Under the pieces are notes generated by a model. The model was given only the letters and a program-made list of their open reading frames with translations, did no database searches and was not told the origin of the DNA. 64,000 nucleotides of DNA from Tannerellaceae bacterium (GTDB taxonomy: Bacteria; Bacteroidota; Bacteroidia; Bacteroidales; Tannerellaceae): assembly GCA_021201295.1 (NCBI GenBank), contig JAJQFE010000021.1, positions 8,208 to 72,207 on the forward strand, in the 5' to 3' direction. The position numbers and the translations under genes are program-made. Below are positions 8,944 through 18,371 of this stretch, piece by piece (position 1 is the stretch's first letter; the number at the start of each line of letters is the position of its first letter).

Positions 8944-9299
8944 CTGGAAAAGTAGATTAAAAAGATAATATACAGTTCTCTCTGGCTTTTCACTTTTTGT
9001 TTTACCGGTTTATAAGTAGTTGTGTTTTCAATACTTTGCATGCTCTTTTAATAGGTAGCTGTGGTATCCGGATTAAAAGATTTTCATGAGTAAGAAGTAT
9101 CACAAAGATTGAAATAAGATTCAGAATATAACTTCTCATCAACCAATATTTTGATTCTTAACTGTTTAAGAAGTTTTTTGCTGGGTTATGAAATAAACTT
9201 GTCATATCTATTACCTGAAATGTGATACGTTCGACATCCAAATGAAATATGCTACTCCTATTTTTGCTTCCGATTAAAAGTAAGAAGCTAAAAACAGGA

Positions 9300-12093
9300 A
9301 TGACAAAGAAAAATCTGCCTATTAGAAGCAAAAAACTACTTATATTATTTATAAGTACTCTTTTCCCCTTTCCCTTGCTGCTCAGACAGGCGTTATCTGC
9401 GGAACAGTTATCGACGCAAAATATAATGAACCTTTGATCGGGGCGTCAGTCGTGATCGAAGGAACCACAGTAGGTGCAATCACGGATATAGACGGAAATT
9501 TTCGTATTGAAGGAGTGGCTCCCGGAACCTATACGCTTTCCGCTTCGTACGTGTCTGGTAAGACACGTACGATTCTGGATGTACCGGTTGTTGCCCGTCA
9601 GGAAGCTGTGATCCATATTGAACTTTCGGATGCAGACCTGCAATTACAGAATGTGGTAGTCATTGCCCAAAGAAGACTGGGAACAGAAATGGCTGTATTA
9701 AATACAGTACGGAAAAGTTTACCCGTAGTCAATGGTATTTCCTCCCAACAGATCAGTAAAACCCAGGATACGGATGCGGCGGAAGTCCTTCGACGTATTC
9801 CCGGTATTACTATTGTAGACGACCATTTTATTGTAGTACGCGGGTTGGCCCAACGGTATAATGGGGTATGGTTAAACAATGCTACTACTCCTTCCAGTGA
9901 AACAGACAGCCGTGCTTTCTCTTTTGATGTGCTGCCTTCATCACTGATCGATAATATGATGGTATATAAAAGTCCTTCTCCGGAACTGCCTGCAGATTTT
10001 ACCGGAGGTTTCGTAAAGGTGCTGATGAAAAATATTCCGGAAGGTAACCATTTTAGTATCTATTACCAGGCGGGATTTAATACCAATGCTTCTTTCCGTA
10101 AGTTCGAATTAACAGAAGGTACTGCAGGCGATTATTTTGGCTTCGGTGCGAAAGCCCGTATGTTACCCGATAACACACCGGCTAATCTGCGGGATGTAAC
10201 AGCGCAGGAAGCGGCTGAATTTACCCGAAAAGTGAATACAGGTTGGAAGGTAAAAAATTTCACGGCTATTCCGGAGCAGAAATTAAATATGATGTACCAG
10301 CGGACCTTTACCATTGGAGATATAAAGATCGGAAATATTTCAACGATTAATTATAGTACAGGCTATGATTATTACGAAAAGATAACCAACAACTTTGTAT
10401 CCTATGATATGAAAAACGACCAGTCCAACTACCGGTTCAGTTATGATGATATCCAATATAAAAATACAACGAAGTTAGGGGCTATGTTCAACTGGTCTTT
10501 GATGAAAGGACAAAATAAATACGAGTTCCGGAACTTTTTAACCAGCGGGGATCATCTGCATTTTCCAAACGGGAAGGAACAGATTATTATTCGGAAGAAT
10601 ATATCCGTAAATGGGAGTCTATTTATACCTCCCGGACTACTTATTCCGGGCAGTTGAGTGGAGATCATACGCTGAAAGAAGATAAAAATAAAGTAGATTG
10701 GATTGTAGGATATGGATATGCCGGATATAATGAACTGAACCGGAAAGTGGTGAAATCCATGCAGGATGAATTAAGCGAAGAGCTACGCTTCTATGTATCG
10801 GAACCTACCCGGTATTATCAACAATTAAAGGATCATAGTTTTTCTCTGGCTTCCAATTATGAACACAAATTTACCGTATCAGATCTCTTTACGCTGGTTT
10901 TTAACGGAGGCATCTATGGAGAATATAAAGATCGTGATTTCTCAGCTCGTCGTTTTCTCTATAATCTCCTGGGAAGTGGCTATGACCGTTTTGCCGACTG
11001 GGATTATACCCATGTGTTTTCGGATGAAAATATTTCAGCAGACAGGATCTATATGAGAGAAAGTACCAATAATAGTGACTCGTATACTTCCAATAGTTTG
11101 CTGGGTGCAGCGTATGTAGCCGCTAAACTGAACTACGGAGAAAGGCTGAATGCGAATATAGGAGTACGGATGGAGTACTATAAAATTACTCTGGATGGAT
11201 ATGAATCGGATGGCGTAAAACCTGTTTCTGTGGATCAGGATTTTACAGATTTATTTCCTTCTGTCAATGTGGCTTATAGTTTAAATGAATACCACCAGCT
11301 TCGTGTAGCCTATGGTCGTTCTATTAACCGGGCGAAGTTTCGTGAAATAGTGCCTTATGTTTATTATGATTTTGGATTAGAGGCCAATATTACCGGAAAT
11401 GCGGAATTGAAAAATTCCTATATCAATAGTTTTGATTTCCGTTATGAATTTTATCCGTCTCCGGGAGAAACCCTTTCTTTCGGATTATTCTATAAAAATT
11501 TTAATGATCCTATCGAGCAAACCTATGCGGAAACCGGTTCCGGATTACAGTATACGTTCCACAATGCGGACCGTGCCCGTGCCATGGGTATAGAAGTGGA
11601 TATAAAAAAGCAATTGGATTTTATCGGATTAAAAAATTTAAGCCTTGTATTTAACGGAGCCTTAATCGATAGTAAAGTCTTTTTCCCGGAAGAAACCTTT
11701 GAGCGTGACCGGCCTATGCATGGACAGTCTCCTTATCTGGTTAATACCGGTCTTTTCTATCAGCATGACGATAAAGGCATTTCCGGATCCGTTCTTTATA
11801 ACCGGATTGGAAAACGTATAGAGACTGTGGGAGTTCCCAAGCAGAATCCCAATGATGATATCCCGAATATCTATGAAATGCCAAGAAATTCATTAGATAT
11901 CACATTTGCTAAACGGGTAGGGAGATATGTAGAGATTAAAGGAGGGATCAAAGACCTGTTAAACTCTAAGATAGAGTATAAACAGTTTCTCGAACTGACA
12001 GAAGATTCAGGAGAAAAAAGGACTGTTGAGCAATTGATCAGTAGTTACCGCCCAGGGGTAGCGATCAATATAGGTGTTTCAGTAAAGTTTTAA
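9300..12093 (+). pseudogene. TonB-dependent receptor (CarboxypepD_reg-like + plug + barrel), split by two homopolymer frameshifts
   Basis: Three consecutive ORFs in frames 0, 2 and 1 (9249.., 9434.., 10654..). The signal peptide MTKKNLPIRSKKLLILFISTLF joins ...PLSLAAQTGVICGTVIDAKYNEPLIGASVV if one T is added in run 9361..9364. The second join, ...EFRNFFNQRGSSAFSKREGTDYYSEEYIRKWESIY..., needs one extra T in run 10535..10539. Confidence 0.8.
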
Positions 12094-12125
12094 TTGAAAA
12101 ATACATTCATTAAATTAGTTTTATT

Positions 12126-13739
12126 ATGAACAAGTTTTTATTAAAAGGAGTGGCAGCTTTATTATGCCTGACCACTGCATTTTTTACAGTGTCCTGTAGT
12201 GATGACGACGATGACACAAATCAATCAGTAAGTGTAACAGGTGTTACGTTGGATCGTGGTGCGTTTTCCATTGCACCGGGTAACTCGTATCAATTAACAG
12301 CTACCGTACAACCTACCAGTGCAACTAATCAATCGGTTAGCTGGAGTTCTTCAGATGAAAGTGTGGCAACAGTAGCCAATGATGGTACTGTAACGGCTGT
12401 GGAAGAAGGAACAGCAACTATTACTGTAACTACAGCAGAAGGTGGTTACACAGCAACCTGTACGGTAACTGTAGAGGATGGTGCGGAAACTCCGGGAGAG
12501 ACGATTTACATTGACGAGGCCATTACTGCTGATGTGACTTTCGAAGAAAAAAACATATATATTTTAAGAGGTTTCATCTACGTACGGGAGGGAGCTACCC
12601 TGACTATTGAACCGGGAACTATTATCAAAGGTGAAACAGCCAGTATGGGTGCTTTGATCATGGAACGCGGAGCTAAAATCATAGCCGAAGGAACCAAAGA
12701 AAAACCGATCGTCTTTACTTCAGAGAAAGCAAAAGGAGAACGTTCGTTTGGTGACTGGGGTGGATTGATCCTGTGTGGAAAAGCTCCTATCAACGCAAGT
12801 GACGGTGAAGCTCAGATTGAAGGCGGTCCTACCAGTTTTTATGGAGGAAATGATCCGGATGATAGTTCTGGTATTGTGAAATATGTACGTATTGAATTTG
12901 CCGGTTATCCGTTCCAACCGGATAAAGAGATTAACGGTTTGACCTGTGGTGGAGTAGGACGTGGAACTACGATTGAATATGTACAGGTTTCTTATTGTGG
13001 AGATGACTCTTATGAATGGTTTGGCGGCAATGTAAACTGTAAATATCTGATCGCTTATAAAGGATGGGATAATGATTTTGATACGGATAACGGATATAGT
13101 GGTAAATTACAGTTCCTGTTAAGTATTCGGGATCCTCAACATGCTGATACATCCAAATCAAACGGATTTGAATCAGATAACGATGGGGAAGGTTCAGGAA
13201 ATACTCCTCTGACTAATCCTGTTTTCTCCAATGTAACTATTATTGGTCCATTCTATGGCGAATCTTATGGTAAAGCAGATAGTGAAATTCTATATACCAC
13301 AGAAGATGCTGCTAACGGAGCAAAAGGTGGACAATTCCAGGCTGCTATGCATATCTGCCGTAACTCTTCACTGGAAGTCTATAACTCTGTATTTACAGGA
13401 TGGCCCTATGGTCTGTACTTCCAGAATGCAAATGAAGGAGCAGTGATCAAAAATGTCATTCTTGCAGGTATGTGGAAAGATTTCTATGATGAAACAAGCG
13501 AAGAATATTTCACCACCTCCAGCCTGAATAATACTATTTATGCATCTACAAATGAAGTGATTGCAACAAATGCTGATTATTCTTCCGTAGTGACTTCTGC
13601 TGTTGCCGGTGCTGATTTCTCCGATGCTTCTCTGAATGACAGCTTTTTTACTAAAGTAGATTATAAAGGTGCTTTTGACGGAACCAACGACTGGACAGAA
13701 GGTTGGGCTAATTTCGATCCTCAGAACACAGATTATTGA
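12126..13739 (+). CDS. surface lipoprotein with a Big_2 (Ig-like) domain, partner of the upstream TonB receptor
   Basis: 537-aa ORF. Lipobox FFTVSC followed by an acidic run DDDDD. The Big_2-like segment is VTGVTLDRGAFSIAPGNSYQLTATVQP...ATCTVTV. Confidence 0.65.
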   Translation: MNKFLLKGVAALLCLTTAFFTVSCSDDDDDTNQSVSVTGVTLDRGAFSIAPGNSYQLTATVQPTSATNQSVSWSSSDESVATVANDGTVTAVEEGTATITVTTAEGGYTATCTVTVEDGAETPGETIYIDEAITADVTFEEKNIYILRGFIYVREGATLTIEPGTIIKGETASMGALIMERGAKIIAEGTKEKPIVFTSEKAKGERSFGDWGGLILCGKAPINASDGEAQIEGGPTSFYGGNDPDDSSGIVKYVRIEFAGYPFQPDKEINGLTCGGVGRGTTIEYVQVSYCGDDSYEWFGGNVNCKYLIAYKGWDNDFDTDNGYSGKLQFLLSIRDPQHADTSKSNGFESDNDGEGSGNTPLTNPVFSNVTIIGPFYGESYGKADSEILYTTEDAANGAKGGQFQAAMHICRNSSLEVYNSVFTGWPYGLYFQNANEGAVIKNVILAGMWKDFYDETSEEYFTTSSLNNTIYASTNEVIATNADYSSVVTSAVAGADFSDASLNDSFFTKVDYKGAFDGTNDWTEGWANFDPQNTDY

Positions 13740-13771
13740 TTTGAAAGAGATCTTTTAATGAATTAAATAGC

Positions 13772-13815
13772 ATGCACAGCACTTACAGAGGATATATCCT
13801 CTGTAGTCTGTGCAT
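13772..13815 (+). terminator. long hairpin after the lipoprotein gene
   Basis: atgcacag cac ttacagagga tata tcctctgta gt ctgtgcat, a two-tier stem. Confidence 0.55.
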
Positions 13816-13862
13816 TCATTATACACACTTTTCTTTAAGGGAAAAGATTATCTCACGACATT

Positions 13863-14336
13863 ATGAAAAATAAATTTCTGCTTACCTCTCTTCTGGCAGT
13901 GGGTGCCGGACTTACTATCCAGGCACAGGATCTGGTGTTGAATGAAGGTCAGTATTATACCGATGAAACACAGACTCAATTATATACCGGACGCTACACG
14001 GAGTTTTATAATGACGGAATGCTTAAAATGGAACTATTTCTTCAGGATGGCCGCCCGTAAGGTACGTATGTGATTTATTATCCGAATGGAAAGACTGCGG
14101 AAGTGCGGGCCTATTATAAGGGTATATTCCACGAAGAATGGCGTACGTACAATGAAGAAGGTAATCTGACAGGGATTGCAAGCTACAAAGACGGACAGAA
14201 AGATGGTCCCTGGAAGATATGGAATGACAAAGGAATTTTGCTGTATGAAATGTATTATACCAGAGGCAGAAGATCTGGTATCTGGCGTACCTGGGACGAA
14301 AATGGAAATCTGTTGACGGAACAGGAACAAAAATAG
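13863..14336 (+). pseudogene. MORN-repeat / YwqK-family lipoprotein-like protein with an in-frame TAA
   Basis: ORFs 13863..14060 and 14070..14336 share one frame. TAA 14058..14060 sits inside a repeat unit (LFLQDGRP*GTYVIYYPNGK). Has a signal peptide MKNKFLLTSLLAVGAGLTIQAQ. Confidence 0.7.
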
Positions 14337-14552
14337 AGTTTACTTTAAGTTTTGAGAAGGTGTAGTAGTGATACTGCACCTTTTTATTTTTTGTAGATAC
14401 TTTGCCGGGTCTTTCCTGTCCGGGTAGATCCATTCTCTTAACAGATAAAGTAGCCAGCTCTGTATGCATCAAAAATCTGCATAAATCGTGATTCTCCTTA
14501 TAAAATAAGGATCTGTCTAATCTGGGTCGTCTGTGTGCTAAACTACTGACTA

Positions 14553-14978
14553 TTATTCTTCTTCCGAGTCAAAATCGAATTCAAAGTCAAACCCATCCGT
14601 AAATTCAGGATCGGTGAAATGCTCTAATTCGCGGCGATCTTTTTTCGTAGGACGTCCCAATCCTTTGGAACGGTTCACAAAACTGGAAATACGGTTCATC
14701 TCCAGGATTTCGTATTGATCCGGTGTCGTTACATTTTCCATATATTCCGGCACTAATTTGGCACCCATACGTCGTTCTGTAAGTCCTAATACCTTAAAAG
14801 AATAGGTAATCGGAGGTTTACGAACCTGTATAATATCCCCTAATTTAATCATCCGGGAAGGCTTTACATTTACACCTCCCACCATTACCCGGTTTTTTTT
14901 GCAGGCTTCCGCTGCAATCGTCCGGGTTTTAAATATGCGGGTCGCCCACATCCATTTATCTATACGGACTTCGTTCAT
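14553..14978 (-). CDS. hslR: S4-domain RNA-binding heat-shock protein Hsp15-like
   Basis: 141-aa ORF. VRIDKWMWATRIFKTRTIAAEACKKNRVMVGG is an S4 domain, followed by an acidic C-terminal tail. Confidence 0.75.
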   Translation of the reverse strand: MNEVRIDKWMWATRIFKTRTIAAEACKKNRVMVGGVNVKPSRMIKLGDIIQVRKPPITYSFKVLGLTERRMGAKLVPEYMENVTTPDQYEILEMNRISSFVNRSKGLGRPTKKDRRELEHFTDPEFTDGFDFEFDFDSEEE

Positions 14979-14986
14979 GTTTTTAA

Positions 14987-15085
14987 ATAGTTAAAGTAGT
15001 TAAGTAGTTAGAGGAGTTAAGTAGAATTTCTCCTTGACTCCTAATGAGCGGAGCAAATGATAACTCTTTTAACTCCTTAACTACT
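14987..15085. repeat. hairpin-repeat family copy C (overlaps the pth stop codon)
   Basis: Left arm atagttaaagtagttaagtagttagaggagttaagtag, right arm gataactcttttaactccttaactact. Confidence 0.65.
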
Positions 15086-15644
15086 TATTATTAAACTGAT
15101 TCATCGTAATTTGTATACCGGCTAAGCAAAAACTTTTCACTATATCAGTGGCCTGTTTCATCTTTTCCTGCATCCCAGATAATTCTTCCGGTTGGAAAGA
15201 ACCTAATACATAGTCCACCTGGCCACCCCGGGGAAAATCATTGCCAATCCCAAACCTTAGGCGTGCATATGCCTGTGTTCCGAGAATTTCCTGTATATTT
15301 CGTAATCCATTGTGCCCGGCATTACTTCCTTTTGGCTTTAAACGTAAAGTTCCGAATGGAAGGGCCAGGTCGTCTACTACCACTAACAGATTCTCCACCG
15401 GAATATTCTCTTTTTGCAGCCAGTAACGGATAGCAAGACCACTCAGGTTCATAAATGTGTTAGGTTTTAATAATACCACTTCCTTATTTTTCAGGCAAAA
15501 TTTGGAAACAGCTCCGTAACGGGCCTCTGTAAAAGGGGCACCCATATCTTCCGCCACTGCATTTACTACCCGGAATCCCACATTATGACGGGTCCCCAGA
15601 TATTCAGATCCTATATTTCCTAATCCAACGATCAGATATTTCAT
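15081..15644 (-). CDS. pth: peptidyl-tRNA hydrolase
   Basis: ORF track 15081..15704. I prefer ATG 15644 ([24 protein letters not shown]...) because the 20-codon extension is encoded by the GGTAGTT tandem repeat. Confidence 0.85.
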   Translation of the reverse strand: MKYLIVGLGNIGSEYLGTRHNVGFRVVNAVAEDMGAPFTEARYGAVSKFCLKNKEVVLLKPNTFMNLSGLAIRYWLQKENIPVENLLVVVDDLALPFGTLRLKPKGSNAGHNGLRNIQEILGTQAYARLRFGIGNDFPRGGQVDYVLGSFQPEELSGMQEKMKQATDIVKSFCLAGIQITMNQFNNK

Positions 15645-15650
15645 GTTTTT

Positions 15651-15756
15651 AAGTAGTTGGTAGTTGGTAGTTGGTAGTTGGTAGATAATAGTCTTCTTGT
15701 TCACTGTGCGAATGAAGTACTACTAACTACCAACCACCTTCTACTAACTACTATTA
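15651..15756. repeat. hairpin-repeat family copy D with four tandem TAGTTGG heptamers
   Basis: tagttgg x4 at 15654..15681. The opposing arm gtactactaactaccaaccaccttctactaactactatta is at 15717..15756. Confidence 0.7.
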
Positions 15757-15758
15757 TA

Positions 15759-15800
15759 TAAAAAAGGGAAAGACGTATTCGGTAGAACACTCTTTCCCTT
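15759..15800 (-). terminator. rho-independent terminator of rplY
   Basis: On the minus strand AGGGAAAGA-17 nt-TCTTTCCCT is followed by TTTTTT. Confidence 0.7.
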
Positions 15801-15834
15801 CTGTATGTTTGAAAGATAAATCTTTTATCTATTC

Positions 15835-16491
15835 TTATTTGTTTGCATTGGCAGCCATGGCACCACGGGCAGCACGTGTCAGCTTAACAGCACATACTAC
15901 GGCATTCTTGGCATTTACCAATTCCAGATTATCGAAGTGCAAAGAACCTACCTGGATGGTTTTACCTAATCCTAAGTTTGTAATATCGATATTTAATTTT
16001 TCAGGCACATCTTTATATAAAGCTTTTACTTTCAGTTTTCTCATTTCCAGGCTTAATTTACCCCCTGATTTCACCCCTTCCGCGTGTCCTGTCAGTGCAA
16101 CGGGAACTTCGATTACGATTGGTTTCTCAGCAAAGATTTCCTGGAAGTCAATGTGAAGGATCGCATCTGTTACCGGGTGGAACTGGATATCTTTTACGAT
16201 AGCCATTACTTTTTTGTTGTCTTTCAGGTCCAGTTCTACCAGAAATACTTCCGGAGTATAGATCAAACCACGAACAGATTCGATAGTAACAAGAAAATCA
16301 GTTACGATCACTCCTTTATTATCTCCTAAATCCACTAATTTATCACCAGCATTTAATGTGCCTGTGTATGGAAGAGCTACTGGTTCACTACCATATAATA
16401 CTGCAGGGATTTTACCCTCTTTACGAATAGCTTTAACAGCTTTTTTTCCGACTTCGGCTCTCGGAGTGCCTTCTAATTGAAACGTTTTCAT
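15835..16491 (-). CDS. rplY: 50S ribosomal protein L25 / general stress protein Ctc
   Basis: 218-aa ORF. MKTFQLEGTPRAEVGKKAVKAIRKEGKIPAVLYG is a typical L25/Ctc N-terminus. Confidence 0.85.
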   Translation of the reverse strand: MKTFQLEGTPRAEVGKKAVKAIRKEGKIPAVLYGSEPVALPYTGTLNAGDKLVDLGDNKGVIVTDFLVTIESVRGLIYTPEVFLVELDLKDNKKVMAIVKDIQFHPVTDAILHIDFQEIFAEKPIVIEVPVALTGHAEGVKSGGKLSLEMRKLKVKALYKDVPEKLNIDITNLGLGKTIQVGSLHFDNLELVNAKNAVVCAVKLTRAARGAMAANANK

Positions 16492-16570
16492 TTGTTTAAT
16501 TTTTTTGTGTTACTCAAAATTAGTTTGCTTCCTAATTTCCCATCACACGATGCTGGGTCAAAAAGCGGTG

Positions 16571-16578
16571 CAAAGGTA
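16571..16578 (-). promoter_or_regulatory. -7 promoter box TAccTTTG for rplY
   Basis: Plus-strand caaaggta lies ~80 nt upstream of the rplY ATG. Confidence 0.55.
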
Positions 16579-16688
16579 GGATTAATTATCGTGGATTGCA
16601 AATATCCATTGTTGAAAAACATATCATACAGAATAAAAGAATTCTCTCTTTTATACTCGTTTACCAGTAGAAAAAAAGAAGAGAATTT

Positions 16689-17383
16689 TTACATTTCCAT
16701 TAACTTATATCCTTTTCCATGGACATTCAGGATCGCAATTCCCGGATCCTGTTTCAGTAATTGCCTTAATTTTGTAATATAGACATCCATACTACGGGCA
16801 TTGAAATAGGTGTCATTACGTCAGATATTTTTCAGGATATCTTTGCGTTCTACCAATTGATTCATATGTTCACACATATATTTCAGAAGTTCACACTCTT
16901 TAGTCGTTACCTTCCGGGTTTCTCCTGCAATCGTTAAAGTCTGTTTATGAGAATCAAAGATGTATTTGCCGATATGATAGAGATTGGTCTCTTTTTCCCG
17001 GACGTTATGAGTCCGTCTCAGGATGGCATATATTCTGGCCTGTAATTCATCCAGATTAAACGGTTTTTTATAAAATCATCTGCAGCGTATAAGCTATACG
17101 CCTGTAGAATAATATTTTTAGCCGGATTATGGCATAAGAAAATCAGGACCGTATGGTTATTCATCGCCTTGATATCTTTTGCCAGGGTAAATTCCTCTTC
17201 TATGGTAGCCGGATCCAGATTAATAATACAGACCGGATATTCTCCGGTATTAAATTTATTCCGGGTCTCGTTTACATCAAAAGATACTTCTATATGAAAA
17301 TCTTCATTGGGCAGACATTCCTGTAATAAAGCTCCTACATTCGGATCTTTTTCTTTGATTAGGATGTTAAAGCGTTTTTCCAT
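16689..17383 (-). pseudogene. OmpR/PhoB-family response regulator with an atypical receiver, carrying one frameshift and one in-frame TGA
   Basis: ORF 17018..17383 gives the receiver up to ...YAADDFIK. Adding one A to the A6 run (plus-strand T run 17064..17069) restores KKPFNLDELQARIYAILRR... and the winged helix. TGA at 16823..16821 replaces the conserved Trp (ILKNI*RNDTYFNARSMDVYITKLR). The natural stop is at 16689..16691. Confidence 0.75.
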
Positions 17384-17399
17384 TTTCTTTTTGATTATT

Positions 17400-17966
17400 T
17401 TAAGAAGTAGACGGATGATTCATCCGGTAAGCTTCATACTTAGTAAAAACAGCACTTTTGAGCTCGTCAAATGTACAGTTCAGTGCTCTGTTAGAAAAAC
17501 AGATGGGAGAACCATAATATTGAAATCTTAATTCCAGAGACCGTTTTTTGCTCCGGTTGGGTTCCCTGTCAATATATTCATTCGGATTTACCACTTTAAG
17601 TACCAGATACTTTTGTTTCATATTACTGCTGATATCATCCATGACTTTGATGCTTTCCACATCCTTCCATAAGACAGTCCCGATCTGGTTGCCCGTGGAT
17701 TTATCAATCATACCTTCATCCGAAATATATATAGCTGCAAACTTTTCCTGCGCTAACAGATAATAGGCATAGATGCAGAAACAAGTGATAATAATTATAA
17801 ATATACCGATCAGCGACAGGATCAGTTTCCCACTTCCAAAGGGCAGGGAACGGGAGAACCAGATAATAGTCGCACCAAAAATGGCAGAGAAGATCGTTGT
17901 TAATAACAATCCTCTCTTTTTTTTATCACTTAATTTAAATGTGATTACAGAGTTGTTTCCGTTCAT
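17400..17966 (-). CDS. hypothetical membrane protein (two N-terminal TM helices plus a soluble C-terminal domain)
   Basis: 188-aa ORF with no motif I can name with confidence. Confidence 0.45.
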   Translation of the reverse strand: MNGNNSVITFKLSDKKKRGLLLTTIFSAIFGATIIWFSRSLPFGSGKLILSLIGIFIIIITCFCIYAYYLLAQEKFAAIYISDEGMIDKSTGNQIGTVLWKDVESIKVMDDISSNMKQKYLVLKVVNPNEYIDREPNRSKKRSLELRFQYYGSPICFSNRALNCTFDELKSAVFTKYEAYRMNHPSTS

Positions 17967-17968
17967 CT

Positions 17969-18262
17969 TTAAATTGTTTTTTCAACAGCCCATACAAAGG
18001 CACGTAAACCTAACGCTTCGGTTTGTTTATCCATTTTGTGAAGCAAATCCAGGAAATGATCTACTTTCTCATCTTCTATCATAGTGATAATAGCTGAGTT
18101 CAGCGTAGGCCAGGCGTGGCTGCCATAATGGGGTTCTCCAGTTTTACTTCCTCTTCCCTGAACCGTATCCCAGTAAGTGAATCCCCGGATATTGTTCCTG
18201 TCCATCACACCAAGCATCATCTCATAATATGCCTGATTGAATGATATAAATACTGCTTTCAT
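17969..18262 (-). CDS. small transporter-associated protein (PG0541-like, P-II-like fold family, by recollection)
   Basis: 97-aa ORF MKAVFISFNQAYYEMMLGVMDRNNIRGFTYWDTVQGRGS... directly downstream of the RND permease, the usual context for this family in Bacteroidetes. Confidence 0.55.
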   Translation of the reverse strand: MKAVFISFNQAYYEMMLGVMDRNNIRGFTYWDTVQGRGSKTGEPHYGSHAWPTLNSAIITMIEDEKVDHFLDLLHKMDKQTEALGLRAFVWAVEKTI

Positions 18263-18273
18263 ATGTAAATTTT

Positions 18274-18359
18274 TAGTAGTTGGTAGTTAGTAGATAGTAG
18301 TTAGCAGAATATGGATAAGTGGATAGGAAACTACCGACTGTTATCTACTACCTACTATC
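18274..18359. repeat. hairpin-repeat family copy E, between the RND permease and the PG0541-like gene
   Basis: tagtagttggtagttagtagatagtagttagc ... aaactaccgactgttatctactacctactatc, imperfectly complementary arms. Confidence 0.6.
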
Positions 18360-18371
18360 TTCTTTAAAATA

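Noticed and set aside
9300-12093. Programmed ribosomal frameshifting to explain the split TonB receptors and the rSAM gene
   Set aside because: There are no slippery heptamers with downstream pseudoknots. The lesions occur in unrelated genes, always in plain A or T runs. Sequencing error or mutation is far more likely.
12741-12755. ACGTTCGT motif resembling the inverted-repeat core of B. fragilis invertible promoters
   Set aside because: It is a single copy inside the coding sequence of the Big_2 lipoprotein, with no inverted partner nearby.
14023-14472. 149-aa and 98-aa minus-strand ORFs antisense to the MORN-repeat gene
   Set aside because: They overlap a recognisable plus-strand gene. 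They have low-complexity, Cys/His/Phe-rich composition and no homology features. They are typical antisense shadow ORFs. The same reasoning applies to 25013..25468, 28780..29250, 45941..46414, 46676..47035, 21643..22071 and 20974..21345.
15654-15681. CRISPR array or minisatellite coding repeat at the TAGTTGG x4 tract
   Set aside because: The units are 7 nt with no spacers. The tract is one arm of an intergenic hairpin belonging to the dispersed repeat family. No cas genes are present in the window.
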